NCBI GenBank assembly: GCA_026417875.1 | Contig: JAOACK010000004.1 | Location: forward strand, 6,244-70,243 | Length of the DNA stretch: 64,000 bases | Source: Thermodesulfovibrionales bacterium | Lineage (GTDB): Bacteria; Nitrospirota; Thermodesulfovibrionia; Thermodesulfovibrionales; CALJEL01 | Reading direction: 5' to 3' | In this document: positions 19,701-29,037 of the stretch, piece after piece | Layout: the number at the start of each line of letters is the position of its first letter | Position numbering within the stretch: the stretch's first letter is position 1 | Notes under the pieces: model-generated | Databases searched by the model: none | What the model was told of the DNA's origin: nothing | The model's input: only the letters and a program-made list of their open reading frames with translations | Position numbers and translations under genes: made by a program

Positions 19701-21313
19701 TCTTCCTTTGCCTCCTTTCCTGGAAGAGGCTCACCACGCATATCCAGGGTCCTCTCTTTTTCACCCTTCATTACAAGGGCATTTCCAACGAGCTCATGAA
19801 CACCCATTACCGTAACTCCAGGTACCCAGTAATCCATGAGTGGCTGGAGTGCTGCCCTGTCAATGGCACACATATTGGCAAGTACATTCACTCCATATTT
19901 TTCATTAACATGCCTTACTGCCATTGCCCTTGGGAATCCACCCCTCATCCTGAGTTCCATATTCTCTGAGGCATTCAGTCCTGAGCCACTCCCGCAGCAG
20001 AATGTCCTCTCACGGATTGTGTTGTCAGGCATTTCATAAAAATTCCTTGCTACATTCTTTATCACGAATCTTGGCTCCTCAAACATTCCCATACCCCTTG
20101 AGGTATTACAGGAATCGTGCCAGGTAATAACAAGATGGTCATTTCTGCTCGGGTCAAGATTCAGCTTTCCATGTTTTATAAGATCTGCAGTAAATTCCAC
20201 TACATGGACGAGTTTGGAATATCTTGCATGTTCAAATCTTGTTCCTGTAATGGGTGATACAGGAACCTCAAGATTATCAGGTGGTTCCCAGAATGTGGGA
20301 AGGTACTGATTCCATACCCTCCACATATGTCCGCACTCACCACCGAGAATCCATTTAACACCGAGCCTTTTTGCCTCTGCATAAATTTTATAGGTAAGTC
20401 TCTTTGCCATCTCCATGGATGTGAAAAATCCGAAATTACCACCTTCAGAGGCATAGGTGCTCCATGTGTAATCAAGTCCAAGCTCGTGAAAGAGCATGAG
20501 ATAACCCATGCAGGTATAAACACCTGGAACTCCGAAAAGGTCACCTGAAGGAGTGATAAAGAGTATCTCAGCACCCTTTCTGTTAAAGGATGGCTCTATC
20601 CTAATGCCAGTAATATTTTCTATATCATCAAGCATAAATTCTATGTTGCTCTTTATCGTATGAGGCTCGAGACCGAGGTGATTCCCCTTCCAGTAACAGT
20701 TAGCAACAGGTCCTGCAATCCATCCAAGCTGAAGTCCAAGAAGATTAAGTATCTCCCTGGCTATGATAGTGACCTCTGCTGTATCTATCCCGTAGGGGCA
20801 GTAAAGAGAGCATCTCCTGCACTCTGTACACTGATAGAAATAGTACCACCACTCTTTTATGATATCAGGTGTTAGCTCCCTTGTACCTGCAATGCTTCCG
20901 AGTATCTTGCCTGAAGGTGTGAAATATCTTCTGTAAATTGAACGCATGAGCTCTGCCCTGAGGACAGGCATATTTTTTGGGTCACCTGTGCCAAGGAAGA
21001 AATGGCACTTATCAGCACAGGCACCGCATCTTACACAGATGTCCATAAATACATGGAAGGAGCGAAATCTTATGAGCCGCTGCCTTATAGCCTCAAGAAC
21101 CTGTTCCTTCCAGTTCTCGGGAAGTTTCCAGTCCTCATCCTTTGGTGACCATTCCCTTATATAGGGATAGTCAACAAGCTCAAGGTCTTTCTTTTTTGCT
21201 GGATGGCAGTACATTCCATCTTTTAATTCAACCTTGAGGCTCCTCCAGTCTGCTTTTGGAGGCTGGAAGTTTATTGTACTCATTAATTCCTGCGGTTTTG
21301 GTAATTTTGCCAT
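19697..21313 (-). CDS. dsrK: DsrK, HdrD-like cytoplasmic iron-sulfur (CCG-domain) subunit
   Basis: 538 aa. CVRCGACADKC and CTECRRCSLYCP ferredoxin motifs plus the CCG motif (FCCGSGSG). Confidence 0.92.
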   Translation of the reverse strand: MAKLPKPQELMSTINFQPPKADWRSLKVELKDGMYCHPAKKKDLELVDYPYIREWSPKDEDWKLPENWKEQVLEAIRQRLIRFRSFHVFMDICVRCGACADKCHFFLGTGDPKNMPVLRAELMRSIYRRYFTPSGKILGSIAGTRELTPDIIKEWWYYFYQCTECRRCSLYCPYGIDTAEVTIIAREILNLLGLQLGWIAGPVANCYWKGNHLGLEPHTIKSNIEFMLDDIENITGIRIEPSFNRKGAEILFITPSGDLFGVPGVYTCMGYLMLFHELGLDYTWSTYASEGGNFGFFTSMEMAKRLTYKIYAEAKRLGVKWILGGECGHMWRVWNQYLPTFWEPPDNLEVPVSPITGTRFEHARYSKLVHVVEFTADLIKHGKLNLDPSRNDHLVITWHDSCNTSRGMGMFEEPRFVIKNVARNFYEMPDNTIRERTFCCGSGSGLNASENMELRMRGGFPRAMAVRHVNEKYGVNVLANMCAIDRAALQPLMDYWVPGVTVMGVHELVGNALVMKGEKERTLDMRGEPLPGKEAKEE

Positions 21314-21317
21314 GGTC

Positions 21318-22313
21318 TCACTCCTTTTCTACAGGGATTCCTGCTGCTTTCATTTTGTCCCTGAATTCATTTTCATATTCTTCATAGTGATGAACCTTAA
21401 CAGGATAATCCCAGGGGTTGACATGTCTCTTGAACCTGAGATTATTTGCCATATTTCTTGTGGGACTCATAAAGATTCCCCCTAGATGCATGAGCTTACT
21501 GAAAGGGAAGTAGGCAAGAAGTATGCTTACAAGAAAGAGATGGATATAAAATATTGTGTCAATCTTAGCCTTTTCAGGAATCTCAGGACTTAGCGTCATA
21601 AGGCTTAGAAGTAATGTCTTTACAGCAACGATATCTGTTTTTGAAAAATATCTCATAAGAACACCTGTAGTAGCAATGGCTATTATCAAAAATAGAGGAA
21701 AGTAATCAGCAGGAAGGGACATATAACGAACCTGCGGGATATACCATCTTCTTAAGAAAAGATACACCCCGGCACCAATAAGAATTACACCTGTCATCAT
21801 CAGCCGGGGCTGGCCTATCTGGAAGAATCCATCAAGGCTCTCAAGAAGATGTACGTAACCTGGCACTGGCTCTATAAAAAGCCTCATGTGCCTTATCAGC
21901 ACAATGAAGAATGCCCAGTGAAATGCCATTGCTCCTATCCATAGCCATTTTGATGAGCCATGAACGAGCTTTGAAGAGACGATCTCACTTCTTGTATTTC
22001 TGAAAAGGGAACGCATTAAAAAGATCTCCAGGATCATTCTTCCAACGACACCAGCAGGAGTTGAGGGATTATCAAGTTTACTCCATTTAATCCACTTAAG
22101 GGATTTCTGCTGACCTCCTGTTGTGGGGATTCTGAAAGGCACATAGGAACGGCCCCATTTAAGAAGTTTCCACAGGAATCCCAGCAGGAAGATAGCGAAG
22201 GCAAAATATGGAATAACTATTCCAAAGAGTGAGTTCAGTTGAGCAACTCCAGCACCAAAATAAGCAATTAATATAAGAATTATAACCAGCAAAAGTGATC
22301 CCACTATTCTCAT
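21318..22313 (-). CDS. dsrM: DsrM, NarI-like dihaem cytochrome b membrane subunit
   Basis: 331-aa membrane protein with conserved His in TM helices. First gene of the MKJOP set. Confidence 0.9.
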   Translation of the reverse strand: MRIVGSLLLVIILILIAYFGAGVAQLNSLFGIVIPYFAFAIFLLGFLWKLLKWGRSYVPFRIPTTGGQQKSLKWIKWSKLDNPSTPAGVVGRMILEIFLMRSLFRNTRSEIVSSKLVHGSSKWLWIGAMAFHWAFFIVLIRHMRLFIEPVPGYVHLLESLDGFFQIGQPRLMMTGVILIGAGVYLFLRRWYIPQVRYMSLPADYFPLFLIIAIATTGVLMRYFSKTDIVAVKTLLLSLMTLSPEIPEKAKIDTIFYIHLFLVSILLAYFPFSKLMHLGGIFMSPTRNMANNLRFKRHVNPWDYPVKVHHYEEYENEFRDKMKAAGIPVEKE

Positions 22314-22350
22314 CTTCCTAACCTCTTTTAAAGTTTTTTATAAAAATCTA

Positions 22351-22854
22351 TTATTCAGAATATTCTTTAAGAATATTTACCTTTTTCAGTATCCAGGCTG
22401 TCATATTTTTCATTTCATTGAACCTTACCTCGTTCAACCTCTCCCTTGATTCCATATAGATGTCAAAAAGTCTCAGACCTAATGCATCAATCTCTTCAGA
22501 AAGAGAGAGAAAATCCTCCATAAGAGTTTGATCAGAAAGGATTGATATTTCTTTCTGGATTATATTTTTCAGGATAAAGATAAAACTTAGGGCCTGAGAT
22601 GGTTTTAGTTCCTGGACAGCCCTCAGTCTGATAAAGGTATCAAGGTTTCCGTTGAGGTCTCTCTTATGGAGGAGATAATCAAAGAGACCCTCCAATCCTT
22701 CAAAAAGGGTAAAACCCATCGGGTTTTCAAATCTATCCTTCTTTATATTCGCTATGAACTGTCTTCCGTGAGAAGGATACTCCTCCAGAAGCGTCTGGAA
22801 CCACCTCTCAAGGATCAGGGGTCTCCTCTCTTCAAGGAACTTTTTTAATTTCAT
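22351..22854 (-). CDS. hypothetical protein, resembles RsbRD N-terminal (globin-like) domain proteins found next to dsrMKJOP
   Basis: 167 aa, all-helical style, no cofactor motif seen. It lies between dsrC (29-nt gap) and dsrM (37-nt gap), so it is probably co-transcribed. Confidence 0.6.
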   Translation of the reverse strand: MKLKKFLEERRPLILERWFQTLLEEYPSHGRQFIANIKKDRFENPMGFTLFEGLEGLFDYLLHKRDLNGNLDTFIRLRAVQELKPSQALSFIFILKNIIQKEISILSDQTLMEDFLSLSEEIDALGLRLFDIYMESRERLNEVRFNEMKNMTAWILKKVNILKEYSE

Positions 22855-22883
22855 TAAAAATAGCCCCTTTTACTGGCGGCTTT

Positions 22884-23219
22884 TTATACACAACCTGTTG
22901 GCTTTGGAAGTCCTGCGTATCTACATGCCTGCTTTGCTGGTCCATCAGGAAAGAGCTGGTATAGGTATTTAGTATTTCCCTTATCTGGGCCCATAACTTT
23001 GCCGACTTCTTTGACAAGTATCTTGATCATTGGTGCTATCTGGTATTTCTGGTAATAGTCCCTGAGGAAGTTAATGATCTCCCAGTGAGCATCTGAAAGG
23101 GTGATGCCATCCTTGCTGGCCATATACTCTGCGAGCTCTTTAGACCAGTCACTGAGGTTAACAAGATAACCGTCCTCATCAACCTCAATCTGCTTACCCT
23201 GAAATTCTATAAAGGGCAT
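22884..23219 (-). CDS. dsrC: DsrC, sulfur-carrier substrate protein of DsrAB (TusE/DsrC family)
   Basis: 111 aa. The C-terminal arm KQACRYAGLPKPTGCV carries the two conserved Cys (CysA penultimate). AAGGAGG RBS. Confidence 0.95.
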   Translation of the reverse strand: MPFIEFQGKQIEVDEDGYLVNLSDWSKELAEYMASKDGITLSDAHWEIINFLRDYYQKYQIAPMIKILVKEVGKVMGPDKGNTKYLYQLFPDGPAKQACRYAGLPKPTGCV

Positions 23220-23333
23220 TTTCCTTACCTCCTTTTTGTTTTTTTTGACAGTAATACTGTCCTTTCTTAAAAATCTAAAATTATGACTTTAAATTTTCCC
23301 TGATAAGCATTCAAAAAGATTTTTGTGTCATAG

Positions 23334-23377
23334 TATATACAACATAACTTCTCTTCTGGTCAAATTAAAAAAATTTA
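23334..23377 (-). promoter_or_regulatory. putative dsrC promoter plus conserved 24-nt dsr upstream motif
   Basis: The minus strand reads TAAATTTTTTTAATTTGACCAGAA, containing TTGACC, then 18 nt, then TATATA. The motif recurs upstream of dsrA (46023-46045). Confidence 0.5.
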
Positions 23378-23407
23378 TTTATGCATGATTATCCTTTATC
23401 TCATTCA

Positions 23408-24394
23408 CTATATCAAGATCTTTACAAATATCATCCTCCTTGAGGATACTGAACCTGTCCTCACTATACGATTCAGGCCAGGTTCGTAAATGAAATATTT
23501 CACCAGATAATCCTTACCTTCCTCGAGACTTACCGCTTTATTATAATCACCCTTGCATAAAATGGCAAGGCTATCCATAAGAGTCTCACCGAGTGCTCTT
23601 CCAGATGGATCATAGGCATATAGGGCACCGCATCGGCATCTCCCTCCTATGATGTCAGCAAAGCCATTCTTGAGTTCACCCGGTCTCTGCAGGGGCGAGT
23701 TACAAAAAGGACAACTTAATGCCTGTTTTTCACCATGGAATATCTCCTGTTCCGGTAAGGACAGGGGAATTTTATCTCTCTGTCCACCACTTTTTTTACA
23801 GGTTCTGAGTTCAGAAAAAGCCATCTCCTTTAATACTCCATCATCATAGATCAGAACCTTTTTTTCATCTCTTTCAGTTCCGCTGTACTCTTCACCGACC
23901 TTACATAGAGTCCAGCTTGCATAAAATCTCATTTCTCTGTCACTGTCATTTTTTGCAATCAATCTGAGAAAGGGCAGAGCAAACTCAACAAGCTCTGGAG
24001 ACACCTCTCCAATCCTTCCCATTGCCCAGAGGATCCCCTTTCTTAAAAACTCCTCATCCATGAAAGACCAGAGAATCTTCGGTATATCCCGGTATCTTTC
24101 AGGGTCATTTCTTACGATCTCACCAATTATCTCTGGAGAGCTCCACCCGATGCCTCCAGCCTCATCCCTTATACTCCAGAGAAGCCTTCTGAGGAGATCC
24201 TTACCAAATTCAGCCCTCTCTTTTGCAACAATGGCAACTATCCTACCAATTGCCTCAATGCTTCTCCAGGCAATCTCAGAGGTTTTATCATAGGAAAGGC
24301 TAACAAGTGCCCTTACTACCTTACTCGGCTCTCCAAGCTCGAGTAATTTATCAAAATCTCTTTTAAGAAGATACTCCTTTATCTTTTCTTTCAA
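23408..24394 (-). CDS. hypothetical HEAT/armadillo-like repeat protein with C-terminal Cys4 zinc-ribbon-like module
   Basis: 328 aa. The N-terminal ~180 aa are helical repeats (AWRSIEAIGRIV..., GILWAMGRIGEV...). The C-terminal part has CPFCNSP...CRCG. Confidence 0.6.
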   Translation of the reverse strand: MKEKIKEYLLKRDFDKLLELGEPSKVVRALVSLSYDKTSEIAWRSIEAIGRIVAIVAKERAEFGKDLLRRLLWSIRDEAGGIGWSSPEIIGEIVRNDPERYRDIPKILWSFMDEEFLRKGILWAMGRIGEVSPELVEFALPFLRLIAKNDSDREMRFYASWTLCKVGEEYSGTERDEKKVLIYDDGVLKEMAFSELRTCKKSGGQRDKIPLSLPEQEIFHGEKQALSCPFCNSPLQRPGELKNGFADIIGGRCRCGALYAYDPSGRALGETLMDSLAILCKGDYNKAVSLEEGKDYLVKYFIYEPGLNRIVRTGSVSSRRMIFVKILI

Positions 24395-24405
24395 ACTCCT
24401 ACTCC

Positions 24406-24777
24406 CTAAGGCTTTATATATGCATATCCCTCATTTTGTCTCTTTATGAGCTCTGTCATTCCGGCAGGTATAACCTCTACAAAGGAAGGCAGGCTTTTTT
24501 CATCAATATTGTTTGCCCTGAGTGCATTCCTGCAGGCAAGGAACCTTACTCCCCTCTTTGAAAGCTCTTCCATCTTTTTTAAGACATCCATTGCACCAGG
24601 CAGACAAACACCTATGCCTTCCTCAGGACAGGACACATACCCTCTCACGCCTGCACCATTGCTTACCACTATAACATTAATATTAGTATCACCCACATCA
24701 TTAAGAAGATTAATTATATTGCCAACTGCCACAGGCCATCTTTCAGGTTCATTAACATGAATGAGACACTTAAGCAT
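24406..24777 (-). CDS. DsrE/DsrF-like family protein (COG1416-type)
   Basis: About 123 aa from MLKCLIHVNEPERW. VVSNGAGV and LACRNAL motifs are typical of the small DsrE-like fold. The track ORF starts at 24798, inside cbiA. Confidence 0.7.
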   Translation of the reverse strand: MLKCLIHVNEPERWPVAVGNIINLLNDVGDTNINVIVVSNGAGVRGYVSCPEEGIGVCLPGAMDVLKKMEELSKRGVRFLACRNALRANNIDEKSLPSFVEVIPAGMTELIKRQNEGYAYIKP

Positions 24778-26170
24778 CTTTTCTCCTCCTGTATTCAATA
24801 GCTTTTTTTATTAAACCCTCTGCCCATTGAGGTGTACCATAAACATGTACATGGGTATAAGTAGCAAGAAGGTTTTTATAGCAGACTCCATCCTTTTTAT
24901 CCATTATACCATCGCCTCGTTTCATGCTAAAAGAGAAGGTAAGGTCACCGGAAATTACGGGTCTTGAATAATGAAACTCATGCCCCCTGATTTGAAGACC
25001 TCCTGGATAGAAAGGATTCCTCCCTGTTACCTCAAGAAGTGTATAACCATGAGACACTGGTTTGTCATTCATCAGAAAACTCATTGGAAGTATCCCTGCC
25101 ATCTGATATCTCCTATCGTTATAAATAATTTCCTTACCAAGATACATCATACCACCACATTCTGCATATGCCGGAAGCCCATCCTCTATGGCATCTTTGA
25201 GATCTTGCATTAATCCTCTGTTTTCTGAAAGATCAATAGCATTAGTCTCAGGAAATCCTCCACCTATATAAAGACAATCTATATCAGGAATAGCGGAATC
25301 CTCCAGTGCATTAATCTCTACAAGCTCTGCACCACTGAGCCTTAAAGTCTCCAGATTTTCCTCATAATAGAACTGAAAAGCAGGATCTCTCATTATGCCA
25401 ATCCTGATACCTGAAGCAGAATGGCTGAGTGGAAAAGAAAAGACCGGATCTTCTGCTGCCTGGAGCCATGAACAGTGAGTATCGGCAATCTCAAGAATTG
25501 CCTCTATATCCAGGTATTTCTCTGCTATGGTGAGTGCAAGTTGCATGATAGCATCTTTTCTGTGATGTTCCTGATGAGGCAGAAGGCCCATATGTCTTTC
25601 AGGAAGCTCTTCATTGAGTCTGGGTATAGCACCAATAACAGATACTCCGCAATATCTCTCTACAGATTGTCTAATGATGGATTCATGTCTGCTGCCCGAT
25701 ACCTGATTGAGAACAACACCTGCTATTTTTACTTCTCTGTCAAGACTCATTGCTCCAAGCACAAGGGCTGCTGCTGTACGCGTAATTTTAGTACAGTCAA
25801 TTATTAGAATTACTGGTAGATTAAGAATTTTTGAAAGTCTTGCTGTGCTGTGGGTACCATCTACATCCATGCCATCATAAAGTCCTCTATTGCCTTCAAC
25901 TATCGATATATCTCCCTTTGAATGATAAACAAAAGAGCGGATAAGTCTTTCCTCGGGTATCAGATAAGAATCAAGATTGTAACAGGGATTATCTGCTGCT
26001 ACTGAAAGCCATCCTGCATCAATATAATCAGGACCCTTTTTAAAAGGGATAACCTTCATACCTTTTTTAAAATGGAGATAGGATATTATGGAAAGTGAAA
26101 GGAGTGTCTTTCCACTTCCACCTCTCATACCTGATATAATCAATCCCTTGAGAGCCATCTTATACTTCAA
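24770..26170 (-). CDS. cbiA: CbiA/CobB-family a,c-diamide synthase (DsrN-like sirohaem amidase by context)
   Basis: 466 aa. N-terminal P-loop (GMRGGSGKT) and C-terminal glutamine amidotransferase with AECGGMMYLG. Confidence 0.85.
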   Translation of the reverse strand: MKYKMALKGLIISGMRGGSGKTLLSLSIISYLHFKKGMKVIPFKKGPDYIDAGWLSVAADNPCYNLDSYLIPEERLIRSFVYHSKGDISIVEGNRGLYDGMDVDGTHSTARLSKILNLPVILIIDCTKITRTAAALVLGAMSLDREVKIAGVVLNQVSGSRHESIIRQSVERYCGVSVIGAIPRLNEELPERHMGLLPHQEHHRKDAIMQLALTIAEKYLDIEAILEIADTHCSWLQAAEDPVFSFPLSHSASGIRIGIMRDPAFQFYYEENLETLRLSGAELVEINALEDSAIPDIDCLYIGGGFPETNAIDLSENRGLMQDLKDAIEDGLPAYAECGGMMYLGKEIIYNDRRYQMAGILPMSFLMNDKPVSHGYTLLEVTGRNPFYPGGLQIRGHEFHYSRPVISGDLTFSFSMKRGDGIMDKKDGVCYKNLLATYTHVHVYGTPQWAEGLIKKAIEYRRRKDA

Positions 26171-26855
26171 GGAGTTTCAGGTTCAAATTTTTTCTTGCAA
26201 CTTGAATAAGTGTCTCAGGATCAAAGGACTTTAAATAGGGAATAACCCCTATAACAGGTATATCTGTAAGTCTTGATATAACAGAGGGATTTGTCTCCTC
26301 AGCAATTGTGCCTTCCGGTGGTGATGAATAATTAAATACTATTCCCTTTACACTTATTCCCCTCTGACTGAGTTCCCTTAAGGTAAGAAGGGTATGATTA
26401 ATAGTTCCAAGCTTCGGCCTTGAGACCACAATCACCGGAAGACCGAAATCCTTTATCAGATCAGCTACAAAATAGTCCTTTTTAATCGGTACAAGTAAAC
26501 CACCGACTCCTTCCACAATTATTGCCTCATATTTCTTCTTTAAATGAGCATAAGACCTCCAGACATTCTCCATATCAATTTCAACACCCTCAAGTTCCGC
26601 AGCAACCATTGGAGCAAGAGGCTTTTCAAGGCAAACAGGCGTTACATAATTAACTGATTCTTCCATATTTGCAGCATCTTTAAGAAACATGCCATCTGAT
26701 GGAATAAGTACTCCCCCTTCTCTAAGACATCCTGTTTCAAAGGGTTTCATGGCACAGGTCTTAAGACCCTGAAGTTTCAGTATATGTATAAGTATTGCCG
26801 ATACCACTGTTTTTCCAACACCTGTATCAGTTCCCGTAACAAAAAATCCTTTCAT
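26160..26855 (-). CDS. bioD: ATP-dependent dethiobiotin synthetase
   Basis: FVTGTDTGVGKTVVSAIL P-loop, 231 aa, typical BioD length and motifs. Confidence 0.88.
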   Translation of the reverse strand: MKGFFVTGTDTGVGKTVVSAILIHILKLQGLKTCAMKPFETGCLREGGVLIPSDGMFLKDAANMEESVNYVTPVCLEKPLAPMVAAELEGVEIDMENVWRSYAHLKKKYEAIIVEGVGGLLVPIKKDYFVADLIKDFGLPVIVVSRPKLGTINHTLLTLRELSQRGISVKGIVFNYSSPPEGTIAEETNPSVISRLTDIPVIGVIPYLKSFDPETLIQVARKNLNLKLLEV

Positions 26856-27565
26856 GACCTTTCCTCAAAAATCCTTCCATCGATCATTTTCAGAATCCTT
26901 GAACATCTATCAGCAAGTTGTCTGTTATGCGTAACTATGACAAAGGTTATTCCCCTTTTTTTATTCAGGTAAACAAGGAGCTCAAAAAGCTCCTCTCCTG
27001 TAGCAGTATCAAGATTACCCGTTGGTTCATCTGCAAGAACCACCCTCGGCTCAAGGATAAGTGCCCTGGCAACAGCAACCCTCTGCTGTTCACCACCTGA
27101 AAGTTCACCTGGTCTGTGATCCCTTCTTTCATGAACACCAAGCTCTTTCATGAGATAAAGTGCCCTTTCATACCATGGTGTGATATCAAACTTCTGACCC
27201 CTGAATTCTCTGTTCTGACTTCTATATATAATAGCCGGTATCAGGATATTTTCAAGGGCAGTAAACTCTGGAAGAAGATAATGAAATTGAAATACAAAAC
27301 CTATCTGGCTGTTTCTTATCCTGAAAAGTTCCTTTTCGGATAGACTGAAAAGATCAGTATTATCAAGTATTACCCTTCCCTCTGTTGGTCTGTCCAGTGT
27401 GCCAAGAATGTGGAGAAAGGTACTCTTTCCTACACCTGAGGCACCAACTATGGCAACCATCTCGCCTTTTTTTATCTCAAGATCAATACCCCTTAGTATC
27501 CTGAGTTCACCTGCAGGTGTAAAAAAGGACTTTTTAAGATTATCTACCTTTATCAGTGTCTCCAT
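26852..27565 (-). CDS. lolD: lipoprotein-releasing ABC transporter ATP-binding protein
   Basis: Walker [10 protein letters not shown], signature [15 protein letters not shown], Walker [12 protein letters not shown]. Adjacent to the LolC/E permease. Confidence 0.88.
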   Translation of the reverse strand: METLIKVDNLKKSFFTPAGELRILRGIDLEIKKGEMVAIVGASGVGKSTFLHILGTLDRPTEGRVILDNTDLFSLSEKELFRIRNSQIGFVFQFHYLLPEFTALENILIPAIIYRSQNREFRGQKFDITPWYERALYLMKELGVHERRDHRPGELSGGEQQRVAVARALILEPRVVLADEPTGNLDTATGEELFELLVYLNKKRGITFVIVTHNRQLADRCSRILKMIDGRIFEERS

Positions 27566-27803
27566 CTTTTTTAAAGATAGCCGTGATTTTTCTTTTTACC
27601 TTACCACAGAACCTCTCAGCAGACTTTCTAGAATTGTAAATACTATCAGATGTCCGGGCTGCCTCTTCCGATGCCTTATATATAATATTACCAGCGTATC
27701 GTATCCAGTCTCCACCCCTCCAGAGAGAAAGGCCCGTGAAGATGATCACAATAATAATAAGATATAAGGTAATTCTTAAAATAAATTTAAAAAACTTACT
27801 CAT
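27540..27803 (-). CDS. hypothetical small membrane protein
   Basis: 87-codon ORF with one TM (ITLYLIIIVIIFTGLSLW). It overlaps the lolC stop by 8 nt and the lolD start by 26 nt. Confidence 0.4.
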   Translation of the reverse strand: MSKFFKFILRITLYLIIIVIIFTGLSLWRGGDWIRYAGNIIYKASEEAARTSDSIYNSRKSAERFCGKVKRKITAIFKKDGDTDKGR

Positions 27804-29037
27804 ATCTCAATGGCTCCACAGGATTAAGCCTTGCTGCCTGATAGGCAGGATAGACCGTTGAAAAAAGGCTTATGAGCATTGAGCAGAGAGGAACGATTAT
27901 ATAATCAGAGAGTTTGAGTTTCACCGGCAGATGACTGAGGTAATATACATCAGGAGGAAGTTTGATTATCTCATAATTATTTATTATGTATCCGAGTACA
28001 AGAGAACCGGCTACACCAAGAAGTGTGCCGATAGATCCAATGATTAATCCCTGTAGCATGAATATAGCCATGATACCTCTATCTGATGCACCCATTGCTT
28101 TTAGTATTGCTATCTCCCGCTCTTTTTCAATAACATTCATCATCAATGTACTCACAATATTAAAAGATGCCACGAGAACAATAAGTGTAAGGATTATAAA
28201 CATGGCAAACTTCTCGAGTTTTAAAGCAGAAAAGAGTGTCCTGTTCATCTTACCCCAGTCCATCCCATAATAGGGATAACCCAGGTCTTTCTGGATTGCC
28301 GCAATTACCCTGTCTGCCTTATATATATCCTTTACCCTTATCTCTATACCTGTTACAGAATTGCCGAGCCTGAGAAAATCCTGCGCATCACTTAAAGAGA
28401 CAATTGCGAGATTTGAATCATACTCAAACATGCCTACTTCAAATATGCCCACAATCCTGAATTGTCTAACTTTCGGTATCATTCCGAGGGGTCCTATCTC
28501 TCCCATTGGTGAAATAACATTTATCCTGTCGCCAGTATAGGCTCCAAGATATCTGGCGAGCTCCCTTCCTATTATAATACCGGGCAGATCTCTTTTAGAT
28601 GAAAGCTCATAAAGTGAGCCTTCCTTCATTGCCTTACCAAGTTCTGATACCTTTATCTCCATTTCAGGAACAATGCCCTTAAAAACAACCCCCCTCGCCC
28701 TGTCCTGAAAGGAAATCATCACCTGCCCCAGGACAAAAGGAGATGATGAAACAACTCCCTCTGTCCCATCAATCACGGACTTTACCCTTTGATAATCATC
28801 AATTGTGCCTTTATAATTAAGGACAACTCCATGAGCATTAACGCCGAGTATCTTTCTCTGAAGATCTTCATGAAAACCACTCATGACTGAGAGTACAGTG
28901 AGCAGAGCCATAACACCGAGTGTAACACCACCTATTGATATGAAGGTATTAAAGGATATGCCTTTGTGCCTCTTCTTTGACTTAAGATATCTGAGAGAGA
29001 TAAAAAGTGGATAGGGCAAAAATCTCTTTGAATTCAT
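27796..29037 (-). CDS. lolC: lipoprotein-releasing system permease (LolC/LolE family, FtsX-like)
   Basis: 413 aa. MacB-like periplasmic domain between TM1 and TM2, and C-terminal FtsX domain ([10 protein letters not shown]). Confidence 0.88.
   Translation of the reverse strand: MNSKRFLPYPLFISLRYLKSKKRHKGISFNTFISIGGVTLGVMALLTVLSVMSGFHEDLQRKILGVNAHGVVLNYKGTIDDYQRVKSVIDGTEGVVSSSPFVLGQVMISFQDRARGVVFKGIVPEMEIKVSELGKAMKEGSLYELSSKRDLPGIIIGRELARYLGAYTGDRINVISPMGEIGPLGMIPKVRQFRIVGIFEVGMFEYDSNLAIVSLSDAQDFLRLGNSVTGIEIRVKDIYKADRVIAAIQKDLGYPYYGMDWGKMNRTLFSALKLEKFAMFIILTLIVLVASFNIVSTLMMNVIEKEREIAILKAMGASDRGIMAIFMLQGLIIGSIGTLLGVAGSLVLGYIINNYEIIKLPPDVYYLSHLPVKLKLSDYIIVPLCSMLISLFSTVYPAYQAARLNPVEPLRYE

Noticed and set aside
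22832-23017. 61-aa minus-strand ORF overlapping the dsrC 3' half
   Set aside because: It is out of frame within dsrC, and dsrC is unambiguous.
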